From: an uncultured candidate division Zixibacteria bacterium
Lineage (GTDB): Bacteria; Zixibacteria; MSB-5A5; GN15; FEB-12
Direction: 5' to 3'
DNA length: 64,000 nt
NCBI GenBank assembly: GCA_963664195.1
Contig: OY760907.1
Span: 3,296,001-3,360,000 of the forward strand
Part shown: one piece after another, positions 20,069 through 30,336 of the stretch
Position numbering within the stretch: position 1 is the stretch's first letter
Layout: each line of letters opens with the position of its first letter
Translations under genes and position numbers: made by a program
The notes under the pieces: model-generated
What the model was told of the DNA's origin: nothing
Seen by the model: only the letters and a program-made list of their open reading frames with translations
Database searches by the model: none

Positions 20069-21385
20069 CTAGTATCGAATCCATTTGATCAGTTCGGGGA
20101 CAGTCGGCCGCTTGCCGTACATGAGGATCCCGATCCTGAATATCTTGGCCGTAACCCAGATAATGCCGAGAGTCGTTAAAACAACTCCAATAAATGCTAT
20201 CGACGCCTCGGCGACAATACCTGAGAACAGCGAGTAATCGGTAACGGACGGTGCGATGAATACGATTCGCTCAAGCATCATGGTCGGTGCACAGAACGGA
20301 ATGTACGCGAGCACCTGCACCCAGGTGGCGTAGGGGTCCCTGGCAACGGCCGACCCGACAACCATCGGAATCATAAGACAGCCGACAATCGGGAAAACAA
20401 AGCTCTGGGCTTCCTTGTCGCTGTTGACGATTGCACCGATGAGCGCAAACAGCGTGGAGTACATGATGTATCCGGCGACGAAAAACAACACAAAGAACAC
20501 AACAATCACCGGGTTAAACGCCATGCGTCCAATTGCGGGGTTGATATCCAATCCGGCGCTGCCGGCGTAGACGTAGATTCCGGCCCCCATCAACACCCAC
20601 ACCAATACCTGTGTGAAGGCAGCTCCTCCCAAACCCAGCACTTTGCCGAGCATGAGTTGGAACGGTGTCACGGATGAAACGAGCACTTCCATAATACGGC
20701 TGGTCTTTTCCTCGATAACAGAGCGCATGAGGATTGAGCCGAAGGCCATAATCATCATATAGACGAGGAAGACAAAAATGAGGGCCGCAAAGAATTTCAC
20801 GATAAATGGTATCGACTCACCCTTAGTATCCTGACTCTGCAGGTTGACATCTCTGGTCAAAGTGAGCACCGAGTCAACCGGCAGGTTGATGTCCGACATC
20901 TGGAGTCTGTGGGTGGAAATGATGTTTGAAAGTTGATGTTCGAACCGCCCGATGGTCTGGTAGTCATCGGAGTTCGTGAGGAGCAACAAATTGCTGTCAG
21001 CCAGATGGGCATCCGGCCTGACAAAAAGGACATACCGGAGTTCTTTCTCGGATACCGCGTTCCTCAGCGAATCTTTCGTTGCGGTCCAGGTTGTCTCGTC
21101 GCCGGGCTGAACTCTTGTGACTTCGGTGACGATGTAAGCCGGGTCTTCAGAGTCCGGCAGCGTGTACCTGACGATAGCATCGGCGAACTCCTGCCCGATT
21201 CCCTTCTCACCCTGGTCGACAACCGCCACCTTGTCGACAGAAGAAGTGTCGCTTGTGGCCAGCAACGCGGGGACAACCATCAGGGCAAACATGATCACCG
21301 GTGTAACCAGAATACCAATAATGAATGATTTCTTCTTGACCACTTCGGCATATTCGCGTTTGAAAATTACGAGAAATTTAGACAT
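20069..21385 (-). CDS. ABC-2 transporter permease (NatB/YhaP-like)
   Basis: IFKREY..VKKKSF, VIEEKTSRIMEVLVSSV, LMLGKVLG, IFRIGILMYGK; start at MSKF with GGGAGAGG RBS. Confidence 0.9.
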   Translation of the reverse strand: MSKFLVIFKREYAEVVKKKSFIIGILVTPVIMFALMVVPALLATSDTSSVDKVAVVDQGEKGIGQEFADAIVRYTLPDSEDPAYIVTEVTRVQPGDETTWTATKDSLRNAVSEKELRYVLFVRPDAHLADSNLLLLTNSDDYQTIGRFEHQLSNIISTHRLQMSDINLPVDSVLTLTRDVNLQSQDTKGESIPFIVKFFAALIFVFLVYMMIMAFGSILMRSVIEEKTSRIMEVLVSSVTPFQLMLGKVLGLGGAAFTQVLVWVLMGAGIYVYAGSAGLDINPAIGRMAFNPVIVVFFVLFFVAGYIMYSTLFALIGAIVNSDKEAQSFVFPIVGCLMIPMVVGSAVARDPYATWVQVLAYIPFCAPTMMLERIVFIAPSVTDYSLFSGIVAEASIAFIGVVLTTLGIIWVTAKIFRIGILMYGKRPTVPELIKWIRY

Positions 21386-22310
21386 GAGCCTCTCCCTTCT
21401 CAGCTTGTACCCTGGAGGGATCGACTTTGGCAACCTCGATAAATATGCGATACAGCGAAGGCTCCATGACCTCGAATCGACGCACCTTCACTTTCTCAAT
21501 GATACTCTTGAGAATGGCGTCCGCATCAGCCCCACCGTTGAGACCGATCTCGATAGAGTTGTTAAACTCTGAGACGCCCTTGACCCCCGGCAATGATTCG
21601 ATGAACCCACCGTCGCCTTCGATGTCAACCTGAAGCGTGTTCTTGCCGAACTGCGCTTTGACATCGGCGAGTCTGCCGTCGAGCACCTTTTGGCCGGCGT
21701 TGATCATACAAATGTAGTCACACAGTTTTTCGGCCTGTTCCATAACGTGAGTGGAGAAGAGAATCGTCTTCCCCTCACGTTTGAGATCAAGAATCACGCT
21801 CTTGATCAACTCGATATTGATGGGATCAAGGCCGGAGAAGATTTCGTCGAGGATAATCAAATCCGGGTCGTGCAATATTGTGGAGATGAACTGGAGTTTC
21901 TGTGCCATACCCTTGGAAAGCTCTTCCACCTTGCTTTCTTTGTAGTTCAAGAGATTCATCCTCTCGAGCCAGGTGTCGATCTTGGGCGCGGATTTCGATT
22001 TGGGGTAGTTCTTGAGTTCCGCCATGTAGCAGAGGACCTCGCGAACCTTCATCTTCTTGTAGAGACCGCGCTCCTCCGGCAGATAGCCGACACGGTTCTT
22101 GAACGATTCATCGACTTTCTTTCCGTCGAACCACACGCTGCCGGAATCCGGCGCGATGATGTTCATAATCATGCGAATCGTCGTTGTCTTGCCGGCCCCG
22201 TTCGGGCCGATAATGCCGTAGATAGCACCCCGGGGTACTTCCAGCGACAGGTTATCAACAGCGACCTTTTCGTCGTATTGTTTTCGTATATTCTCAAGCT
22301 TTAGATACAT
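21378..22310 (-). CDS. ABC transporter ATP-binding protein (NatA/YhaQ-like, DUF4162 tail)
   Basis: GPNGAGKTT, YLPEERGLY, LSKGMAQK, ILDE, STH. Confidence 0.94.
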   Translation of the reverse strand: MYLKLENIRKQYDEKVAVDNLSLEVPRGAIYGIIGPNGAGKTTTIRMIMNIIAPDSGSVWFDGKKVDESFKNRVGYLPEERGLYKKMKVREVLCYMAELKNYPKSKSAPKIDTWLERMNLLNYKESKVEELSKGMAQKLQFISTILHDPDLIILDEIFSGLDPINIELIKSVILDLKREGKTILFSTHVMEQAEKLCDYICMINAGQKVLDGRLADVKAQFGKNTLQVDIEGDGGFIESLPGVKGVSEFNNSIEIGLNGGADADAILKSIIEKVKVRRFEVMEPSLYRIFIEVAKVDPSRVQAEKGEAHV

Positions 22311-22380
22311 ATCGCCTTTCTTATATTAACTAGTAATTATCTCTCTATTCAGATGTCCCGTCAACAAGAAACAAAGCGCT

Positions 22381-23193
22381 CTATTCTGAGAGCATTTGTG
22401 CGAATTGCTGGGCATTGTTGGCTGCCTGGCCGAGGTGACAATTGTTGAAAAACACGTAAGTCTTCTTAACTTTCTTCATGATCTTGCGGACCTTCTCTTT
22501 CCAATACTCCAACTCATCGTCCGAGTAGTTGTAGTCGTAGCGCAGCGCTCCGCCGTTCCACCATTGTTCGGCGTTTCGGCCGTGGAGGCGGACATAGGCC
22601 GTGTCGGTAGTGGCAAAACAGTCCGGCTTCAGGAGTCCTCGGAGCGGAGGCTCATCGACGGCCACATAGCCGATCCGCTCTGTCCTCAATCTGTCGTACA
22701 TTGGGCGATTGACCCAGCTATCGTGGCGAAACTCAACGAATAGCGGATTTGGCGCAACGGCATCGCGACAAACGCTAAGATAATCGAGTGTCGGAGGCGA
22801 GAACTTGAACGAGTACGGAAACTGTGCGAGCAAACCCGACAGCTTGCCGGATTCGACTAGCGGCGCTATTGCCTCGCGAAAGGCTGCGATATCTCGGTCA
22901 AGTTCCTTGCGTTGGTGCGTGAATGACTGAGGGACCTTGACCATGAAGTCGAAACCCGTCGGGGCCTTGGAGATCATGTTTTCAAACACTCGCGGGGAGG
23001 GAATTCTATAGTACGTCATATTGATCTCGACTGTCGGGAAATGCTTGACGTAATGATCGAGCATTCTGCCTTTGTCGATCTTCGGAGGATAGAAGTTACC
23101 CACCCAGTCGGCAAAGCTGTATCCCGATGTGCCGATGCGGACCCGCTTCAGGGGGTCATTCGTGTCGCTGGCGCCTGCAACGATATCGCTCAT
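22381..23193 (-). CDS. DUF72 (UPF0759/YecE-like) protein
   Basis: IGTSGYSF..W...FYP, VEINMTYY, VEFRHDSW, YVRLHGRN, VFFNN. Confidence 0.92.
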   Translation of the reverse strand: MSDIVAGASDTNDPLKRVRIGTSGYSFADWVGNFYPPKIDKGRMLDHYVKHFPTVEINMTYYRIPSPRVFENMISKAPTGFDFMVKVPQSFTHQRKELDRDIAAFREAIAPLVESGKLSGLLAQFPYSFKFSPPTLDYLSVCRDAVAPNPLFVEFRHDSWVNRPMYDRLRTERIGYVAVDEPPLRGLLKPDCFATTDTAYVRLHGRNAEQWWNGGALRYDYNYSDDELEYWKEKVRKIMKKVKKTYVFFNNCHLGQAANNAQQFAQMLSE

Positions 23194-23511
23194 GCCTGTT
23201 ACCTGTTAACGAAAACCGGGTTAGCCGCCCCGTCGGTATGTCTACTGCAAACTGTGCGTCTTTGAATATACTCAGCTTACGAGGGATTATTCAACAGGTT
23301 TCGACTGTGTGGAAATCACATTCGACTGATAGCCGTCAGGCGGTTGCCTGACAGCACCTGGCGGGTGAAGTCACCCACCTCACCCCTTCTTGATCTGCTG
23401 GAAGCGGACACAGCCACATTTGGGACAGACCCACTTGCGCTGTTTATGATAGGTCCGTTTGAGTTCCTTCATGGGAGTTTTGCACCTGGGGCAAGTCATG
23501 GTTGGACCGGG

Positions 23512-24126
23512 CTAGCTTGTCAGATGAAGGAAGTCGGATAGCAGGAATTCCATGCGACCGATAAAAGTTGACATACGCGACATTACCGTATATCCGAAAG
23601 TGGTGCCGAAGAATATCATCAGGAACCATGTACCAGCTTTCGCAGCTCTGCCAAGAACGCCTTTGTGTTCGCGGCTGAAATAGAAGTAAGAGAGAGTGCA
23701 GAGAACGCCAACAATCACGACAATGCTGGAGAAATCGGGCATACCAGATTCGCCGATGATTGGTGCTACCGTGGCGGATATCTGTTTGATCGTCCTCGCA
23801 CCGAGCATGGCCGGTATCGCGACACCCGCTCCTGAGCCGATCAGGACCGCGATGGGGATGCGCGAAAACGTCGATGTCTTCGGATGAAAACGACCGAACA
23901 TGAGCAGACCAAGAGCAAGCGGTATCAGGAGCAGCAAGCGTCCGTCATCGAATAACGGATGGATAAGCAACCCCATGAGGGAGTTCGTCCAGGTGATGAC
24001 TAAGAAGTAGCCGATCGACACGCCGATGAGCAGAGATTCCGCCATTTTGTAGACCGGATTGTCCCGGTACAGAAAAGTGAAGATTGCCAGGGTGAGAATA
24101 CCGGCAACGAGCGTTGCAATGTCCAT
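23512..24126 (-). CDS. Conserved multi-TM membrane protein (DUF6754 operon, gene 4)
   Basis: About six hydrophobic helices; LTLAIFTFLYRDNPVYKMAE and FGTTFGYTVMSR; TGATG coupling to the upstream gene. Confidence 0.8.
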   Translation of the reverse strand: MDIATLVAGILTLAIFTFLYRDNPVYKMAESLLIGVSIGYFLVITWTNSLMGLLIHPLFDDGRLLLLIPLALGLLMFGRFHPKTSTFSRIPIAVLIGSGAGVAIPAMLGARTIKQISATVAPIIGESGMPDFSSIVVIVGVLCTLSYFYFSREHKGVLGRAAKAGTWFLMIFFGTTFGYTVMSRMSTFIGRMEFLLSDFLHLTS

Positions 24127-24935
24127 CAGGCCCCCCCCCGCTTTCCGCGTTGACGAAAGTAGATGATGTTGCCAACAACGATAAGCAGAATCACATAGAG
24201 ATGCGAGCCGGTCTGTGCAAGCATACCCCGTGCACCGCTGCCGCCGATGCCGATCAATTTCTCGTACTCGGCTGCACCGCGAAGTCCCCCGACCATGGCG
24301 TACATCTGATCGGACGCAAGATACGGGTCGTAGGTTGTCACCATTGCCGCCGTCACAAATCCGGACACGCGGACGCCATAGCGACCGTTGCCGTATTCGA
24401 TCCAGTGGGTGGTGAGGGAACCGTCGGCAATGGAGATCACACCGGCGATGTCATCGTAATTCTCGACTCCAGCAAGCATCGGAAACTCACCGTACTTCCT
24501 GCCAAGATAGTCTTCCGGAAAAGTAGCCGGAATCGATTCCCCCATAGACAGTATGGCCGCGATGAACTGCGGTTTGAAACCGAGATAAACGTAATCGGTG
24601 CCGTACTCTTTGTCGTATTCGGCAGCAACCTGGCGCATCAGACCATACCCGACACCGGTACCCTCCGCAAGAAGGGCCACTCCTGCCAGACGGAGGTTTC
24701 GTGAGAAAGCATGGCGCAGCATTGCCACCGCCAGCGGGCGGATTTCGGGCAATGAAGAAGCCTCGTGGTCAAACGATACTATCAGCACAGCCCCTTCGGG
24801 AAGCGATTCAATGTACTCGTACATGCGATTCGTTTCCGGAGAGGGAGTGACTTCCGGTCGGAAACTGAGCAGCATGGTGACGGCGACCACGAGTGCCAGA
24901 CCGATGAATGTGTAGTGACGACTCTCGAGTTTCAC
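24126..24935 (-). CDS. Conserved membrane-anchored alpha/beta protein (DUF6754 operon, gene 3)
   Basis: TM helices at both ends; YGTDYVYLGFK and GGLRGAAEYE; GTG start overlaps the upstream TGA (GTGA). Confidence 0.8.
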   Translation of the reverse strand: MKLESRHYTFIGLALVVAVTMLLSFRPEVTPSPETNRMYEYIESLPEGAVLIVSFDHEASSLPEIRPLAVAMLRHAFSRNLRLAGVALLAEGTGVGYGLMRQVAAEYDKEYGTDYVYLGFKPQFIAAILSMGESIPATFPEDYLGRKYGEFPMLAGVENYDDIAGVISIADGSLTTHWIEYGNGRYGVRVSGFVTAAMVTTYDPYLASDQMYAMVGGLRGAAEYEKLIGIGGSGARGMLAQTGSHLYVILLIVVGNIIYFRQRGKRGGA

Positions 24936-25558
24936 TTGCTCCCTCCCCCGAGCCACGTGCGCTCTATGCCGAGAATAACGCGCAGCGAAGTAGTCAGTGA
25001 ACCGAGGCCAATACCTATCAAGATAGCGCGGCGGGCAGACATGGAAGGATTGTTGCGCACCCAGTCGGCAATTTCAGGAAGGTGGTCGGAGAAGATGCCA
25101 CCGATATCTGAGCGACTGAGAAGCGTCAGCAAGGCTGAGAGGAGCAGAACAGCAGCCGGAAGCGAGCGCGCTCTAAATCCGCGGAATGATGCTGAGGCGA
25201 CAAAAAACGCGAGCAGTGCAAACACAGTCGATTGCATCGGCACCTGTATGTTGTCGAATACCCACATGAACGGGGAGCCGCCCTTGATGCCCCATACGAT
25301 CGCAAGAATCGGCATTGCAATAAGCCCGACCATAGAGACAATCTTGTAAGGAGTATCCTGACCGCGTTGGATCGACTGCAGGTTGACTTTGGCGAAACTC
25401 GCCACCCCCACGAGCAACGTGAAAGCGAATATGATCTGCCAGTACTCCACCAACACTGACTGGTTTATGGCGCGCGCCGTGTCAGTCTCGACAAAAAACA
25501 GGACAAACAGCAAGACACCGAAAAAGCCACACACCAGTTGAGGAATCTTGCGTCTCAC
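24932..25558 (-). CDS. Conserved multi-TM membrane protein (DUF6754 operon, gene 2)
   Basis: PMQSTVFALLAFFVASASFRGFRARS and RAILIGIGLG...LRVILGIER; GTG start overlaps the upstream TAG. Confidence 0.78.
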   Translation of the reverse strand: MRRKIPQLVCGFFGVLLFVLFFVETDTARAINQSVLVEYWQIIFAFTLLVGVASFAKVNLQSIQRGQDTPYKIVSMVGLIAMPILAIVWGIKGGSPFMWVFDNIQVPMQSTVFALLAFFVASASFRGFRARSLPAAVLLLSALLTLLSRSDIGGIFSDHLPEIADWVRNNPSMSARRAILIGIGLGSLTTSLRVILGIERTWLGGGSK

Positions 25559-26376
25559 TAGAATTTCCACCAGGTAGAGGTTGCATCGAATGACGCCCAG
25601 ATAGATGCCATTGTCAGCAAAACAGCAATCACGACCTTGAGGATGTCCTGAGCCCGCACCGAAGCCAGAATCGACGGATCGCCTGACAGGTAACCGGATG
25701 CCGCGAAAAGCTCTTCGCCTATTAGCGTGTAGTCGCACGCTACGATGAAAAACGACAATTGTATAGTCGAATCAGTACCGGCAATCTGAATCGCCCCCAC
25801 CGTATTGCCGGTTTCAGCCAGAATCAGCGACTCCGCCTCAAACGTGCCGAGCAGGAAGATTGAGGCCGGGTTCAACCTGGAGATCATACCATCAACTGCA
25901 GCGGCGTAACCAAACTGCGAGGAAGAAACATATCGTATGTTGTCTTTCTGGAATCGGTCCGGGTATCCGGCACGCGCATAGGCTTCTGCCACCACTTCCT
26001 GCGCCACTGACATGATAACCGGATCGTGCGTGGGATATATCAATGGACAATCATATGTTGCCGTGGTCTGCGCGACATTGCTGAGTATGTTCATCGAGGC
26101 AATGGTTGTCGGACGTTGAATATCTCCCCCCCATCCGGGAGTGAACAGTATCGGGCGGGCCATTTCGGTGGCACGGCCGATGGCTTCCTCGACGGCGTTC
26201 AGGCCGGCGATCTTGCGCATACGGTATCCCTCACGGCTCTTCTTGTGGTAGGTTGTATAAAGGACGACCACAATAGAAACAAACGCCCCAATCAGGACCG
26301 GAAGTTTCGACGTGTCGAACCATCCTCCATCGGAGGCTAACAGTATCAGCAAGGGGTGCCACAGCATGAAAGGCAA
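25558..26376 (-). CDS. DUF6754 domain membrane protein
   Basis: RKIAGLNAVEEAIGRATEMARP, GAIQIAGT, ACDYTLIGEELFAASGYLS (family recognised from memory). Confidence 0.8.
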   Translation of the reverse strand: MPFMLWHPLLILLASDGGWFDTSKLPVLIGAFVSIVVVLYTTYHKKSREGYRMRKIAGLNAVEEAIGRATEMARPILFTPGWGGDIQRPTTIASMNILSNVAQTTATYDCPLIYPTHDPVIMSVAQEVVAEAYARAGYPDRFQKDNIRYVSSSQFGYAAAVDGMISRLNPASIFLLGTFEAESLILAETGNTVGAIQIAGTDSTIQLSFFIVACDYTLIGEELFAASGYLSGDPSILASVRAQDILKVVIAVLLTMASIWASFDATSTWWKF

Positions 26377-26474
26377 TTAGACGGCCCACAGACAGTCGTT
26401 CAACAAAAAGATTTTAAGTTGACCCGGACGGCCTCACAGATATATTCGACCAGCAGACTTCATAAGGACATATT

Positions 26475-27707
26475 ATGCGTTTAACTACCCTGATATTCTG
26501 TATTCTCATTTTCGCAGTCGCTTTATCGGTACAGGCGGAAACAACCCTGGACTGGTGGCAACTCTGGACCGACCCGAGTATTAAGCCGACGATCGAAGCC
26601 ATGGTCGAAGAATTTGAGCAAGCCAATCCGGACATTAAGGTAAACCTGACCGATCTCACCTGGTCAAACGGCCACGAAAAGATCGCCATCGCGTTTGCTT
26701 CGGGTTCCGGCCCCGACGTGGTGGAGCTTGGCTCCGACTGGATCGCACAATTCGCAGTCAACGGTCACCTTGCGGACCTTTCAGAACACATCGCCGCCGA
26801 CAGCGCTGATTACCAGGGATGGGGTATGGCAACCTATCGGGACCGAGTGTATGCCAAGCCCTGGATTCTGGGCACCAGAGTCCTCTATGTCAATCGCGAC
26901 CTTCTCAAGCAGGCTGGCTTCGAGGAGGAGTTCCTTCCGTTCAGCGTTGGCGATCTCTTTGACGCGGCAACGGCAATCAACAACTTGGACAGAAACACCT
27001 ACGGTTGGGGATCGAATACGGCTGAGAAGCATCGTCTTTACAAGAAGTTCCTACCCTTCTTCTGGTCAAACGACGCACAGGTATTTACAGATGACGGCAA
27101 GTATTGTGTCGTCTCATCTATGCAGGCGATCAACGCTCTCGACTTCTACAAGCAGCTTCACGACTCCTGCGGCTATGTCTCGAATCAACGCGGGATTGAA
27201 GATGCATTCCTTGACGGCAAGATCGGTTTCATCCTGTCTGGCGATTGGCTGCTCAAACGCATAGAGTTGGAAAACCGGCATATCAACTTCAATACGACGA
27301 TAATGCCGGGGGTACCGAATAGCCGGAACAGTGCATCGGTTGGCAAATCGTTTCTAGGCGGCGAGTTCTTAGCCGTTAACAGCGCCTCGGATCATCAAGA
27401 CGCGGCCCGAACACTGGTCGATTTCATCACCTCGCCGGAGAATCAGGTGCGATTCTGCAAAGCCAATCGTTCGGCCAATCCATCGAGCAAAATGGCACAG
27501 AAGGATGCCTATTTTGCGGCCAACAATCACCTGCAGACGTTTATCAGTCAAATTCGATTCGCCGCGCATCCGCCGGTCGATCCGGATTGGGTCCACATTG
27601 AGACAGAAATCGAAAAGGCAGTTGAGAATGTCGTGTTCGGTAATACCGGAAGTGCCACGGCTCTGAGGAAAGCACAAATCAACATCGCCAAGATGAAGGC
27701 AAAATGA
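26475..27707 (+). CDS. Sugar ABC transporter substrate-binding protein (family 1)
   Basis: Signal peptide, FEQANPDIKV, SGPDVVELGSDW, FLGGEFLAV. Confidence 0.9.
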   Translation: MRLTTLIFCILIFAVALSVQAETTLDWWQLWTDPSIKPTIEAMVEEFEQANPDIKVNLTDLTWSNGHEKIAIAFASGSGPDVVELGSDWIAQFAVNGHLADLSEHIAADSADYQGWGMATYRDRVYAKPWILGTRVLYVNRDLLKQAGFEEEFLPFSVGDLFDAATAINNLDRNTYGWGSNTAEKHRLYKKFLPFFWSNDAQVFTDDGKYCVVSSMQAINALDFYKQLHDSCGYVSNQRGIEDAFLDGKIGFILSGDWLLKRIELENRHINFNTTIMPGVPNSRNSASVGKSFLGGEFLAVNSASDHQDAARTLVDFITSPENQVRFCKANRSANPSSKMAQKDAYFAANNHLQTFISQIRFAAHPPVDPDWVHIETEIEKAVENVVFGNTGSATALRKAQINIAKMKAK

Positions 27708-28576
27708 AACGGTTCGGTGCAGGTGGCAACCTCATACTGACCTCCCCCTGGATAATAACGTTCCTGGTCTTCTGGGTATTCCCCGTGGCCTGGTCGTTGT
27801 ATATGGGCTTCACCGATTACCGCCTGCTGGTCAAAGAGACGTCGTGGGTAGGGTTTGACAACTACCGGGCATTACTTGGCGATCAAGATTTCGTCGACTC
27901 CATCAAGAACACCTTTGTGTTTGTTCTCGGAACGATCCCGGTAACGACTATTGTTGCGTTGCTGATGGCGCTGCTGGTCAACCGCCAATTCAAGGGCCGA
28001 GCTTTGTTTCGGTCGGCCTTTTTTGTGCCATCGATTACGTCGATGGTCGTCATCGCATTGATCTTCACCAGCCTCTTCCAGCGCGGTGGGTACATTGCTC
28101 TACTGGCCGAGATGGCAGGCCTTGCTCCACCCCTAAATGGCTTCCTGTATGACAGTTCGACGGCGCTGTATGCTATCATGGGAATGGATATCTGGATGTC
28201 GGTCGGGTACTTCATGCTGATATTTCTTGCCGGTTTGAAAGCGATCCCGGACGAGTTGTACGAAGCTGCCGAAATCGGCGGGGCGTCATCAATCAGGCAG
28301 TTCTTTTCGATCACCCTGCCGCTGCTGAGGCCGGTGGCGCTGTTCATACTCGTGATCAACTCGATCAAATCGTTTCAGGTGTTTGTCGAGATTTTTGTGA
28401 TGACCAAGGGCAATTTCGACACCTCTACCGCCGTCTATTTCATCTATGAAAAAGGCCTGACGACAGCCTTCGAACTCGGCTATGCATCTGCCGCAGCGTA
28501 TATCCTGTTCATGATAATCGCGGCGTTCTCAGTGGTCCAGTTTGTCCTCATGCGCCGGAGATCGCACACGTGGTAG
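27704..28576 (+). CDS. Sugar ABC transporter permease (MalF-like)
   Basis: WVGFDNY; EAA loop IPDELYEAAEIGGA. Confidence 0.92.
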   Translation: MKRFGAGGNLILTSPWIITFLVFWVFPVAWSLYMGFTDYRLLVKETSWVGFDNYRALLGDQDFVDSIKNTFVFVLGTIPVTTIVALLMALLVNRQFKGRALFRSAFFVPSITSMVVIALIFTSLFQRGGYIALLAEMAGLAPPLNGFLYDSSTALYAIMGMDIWMSVGYFMLIFLAGLKAIPDELYEAAEIGGASSIRQFFSITLPLLRPVALFILVINSIKSFQVFVEIFVMTKGNFDTSTAVYFIYEKGLTTAFELGYASAAAYILFMIIAAFSVVQFVLMRRRSHTW

Positions 28577-29397
28577 GACAGAGGAACAGAATCACCGAAA
28601 GCGTACGCTATCTCTTGTTGACAGCAGTCTTGATCGTCATGGTCTTCCCCCTGCTCTGGATGTTCCGTGTGGCCTTCATGGAAGCCGGTTCCAATATGGC
28701 GTTTTCAGGGCTTGCCACTTCAAGTTGGACTTTAACTAATTTCTATGATCTGTTTACAGCTGCGCACTTGGGAATGGCGTTGTTCAATTCCATACTTGTA
28801 GGTACGTTCGTCACGGTCGGCAATATCCTGTTCTGTTTCATGGTTGCCTACGCGCTGGCCCGACATAACAGCCTGGCAAATCGGGCGATGTTCATCTCGG
28901 TGATGCTTGTCCTGATGATCCCTGTACACATCGTCATCATTCCGCTCTATCTGCTGTGTCTGAAGGGGGGAATGTACGACTCCTACTGGGCGCTAATCTT
29001 GCCGTGGCTGGTCAATCCCATAGGGATATTTCTGGTGAAACAGTATATCGAGTCCATCCCGCCCTCTATGGAAGAAGCTGCCAGAATCGACGGCGCCGGG
29101 GAATTCACGATTCTCTTCAGGGTCGTCATGCCGATGTGCAAACCGGCGCTGGCAGTACTGGCAATACAGGTCTTTTTTACCAATTGGAATTCATTTCTGT
29201 TTCCGTTTATTCTGACGTCAAGTGATTCGCTGAGGACATTACCGGTCGCTTTGGCGCTCTATCAGGGGCATCAGGCGATTGACTGGCAGCACCTGATGGC
29301 CGGTTCCACGCTGGCTGTGGTGCCCGTTCTGGTCTTGTTCTTGATAATGCAGCGTCAGATAGTCTCCGGCATAACTGCCGGAGCGATAAAGCAGTAG
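28570..29397 (+). CDS. Sugar ABC transporter permease (MalG-like)
   Basis: IPPSMEEAARIDGA, WNSFLFP, QIVSGITAGAIK. Confidence 0.92.
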   Translation: MVGQRNRITESVRYLLLTAVLIVMVFPLLWMFRVAFMEAGSNMAFSGLATSSWTLTNFYDLFTAAHLGMALFNSILVGTFVTVGNILFCFMVAYALARHNSLANRAMFISVMLVLMIPVHIVIIPLYLLCLKGGMYDSYWALILPWLVNPIGIFLVKQYIESIPPSMEEAARIDGAGEFTILFRVVMPMCKPALAVLAIQVFFTNWNSFLFPFILTSSDSLRTLPVALALYQGHQAIDWQHLMAGSTLAVVPVLVLFLIMQRQIVSGITAGAIKQ

Positions 29398-29560
29398 CGG
29401 CATAGAGATTGATACACCCCGATCGGTCATGGATTCGCCCCTCCGTCGCAAGGTCGTTTACCACCATTTTTTTCTTGCTTTCGACGCCAATCTGGACTAG
29501 CCTTGTCCTTCAGATAGGAAGGGAAAACCTCTGTTATGGCAGGAAAGGAATATAACTGAA

Positions 29561-30151
29561 ATGAGAACACTGACTATTGGACTTATCGTGGTGATGCTTT
29601 TCGCGGCCGGCTGTGGCGTCAACAAGGACTTTGTGTCCTCGGAAATCGCTGCTTCCGAAGCTCGCACGGGTGCGCAACTTACCGCTCTTGGCGACAAGAC
29701 TGATGCCAACACCGCCGAAGTCGCAAGACTTCAGCAGTTGTCTCGTGAGCTGGATGCCAAAGCCGAAATGGCGATCAACAAAGCCAAGGGTTTTGAGAAT
29801 TACCAGATCATCTGGTCCGGCGAGATCAATTTCGCGTTTGACTCCTACGACATCGACGGTGTCGCGAGTGCTATTCTCGACGAAGCCGGCATGAAGATGG
29901 AAGAAGTCCCGGGAGCGCTCCTGGAGATCGCCGGCCACGCCGACAAGACCGGCTCGGCCAAGTACAATCTGCTGATCGGTGAGAAGCGCGCCAATGCGGC
30001 CAAGCGTTATCTCGCTGACAAGTTTGGTGTTTCGCTGTATCGTCTGTTCATCGTCTCCTACGGCGAAGAGAAGCCGATTGCGATGCCGGACGAGAAGAAC
30101 GCCAGTTCCAAGAACCGTCGCGTGAACCTCAACATCTGGGGTGAGCTGTAA
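29561..30151 (+). CDS. OmpA/Pal-family peptidoglycan-binding lipoprotein with N-terminal coiled coil
   Basis: Lipobox AAGC, INFAFDSY, IAGHAD..GS..YN...GEKRA, SYGEEKP, NRRV. Confidence 0.92.
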   Translation: MRTLTIGLIVVMLFAAGCGVNKDFVSSEIAASEARTGAQLTALGDKTDANTAEVARLQQLSRELDAKAEMAINKAKGFENYQIIWSGEINFAFDSYDIDGVASAILDEAGMKMEEVPGALLEIAGHADKTGSAKYNLLIGEKRANAAKRYLADKFGVSLYRLFIVSYGEEKPIAMPDEKNASSKNRRVNLNIWGEL

Positions 30152-30177
30152 GCCGCTGACGATTCAAACGATTTTAG

Positions 30178-30211
30178 AAAGCCCGCCTTTTTTAAGGCGG
30201 GCTTTTTTTTT
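30178..30211. terminator. Intrinsic terminator (probably bidirectional)
   Basis: AAAGCCCGCCTT-loop-AAGGCGGGCTTT followed by a T run, between convergent genes. Confidence 0.85.
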
Positions 30212-30336
30212 GTGGGACACCGGACATTCACAGTTGAGAGATCGGTGTTATTCAACAAGCTCGGTCCACCAGGCTCTGGTCTTCTCTGCACCCCAACACC
30301 ATGGTCGGTAACTAAAACGGGGGATCGATTCGGCAG

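Noticed and set aside
26475..29397. Sugar ABC operon lacking an ATPase gene
   Set aside because: Common; such systems share an MsmX/MalK-type ATPase encoded elsewhere
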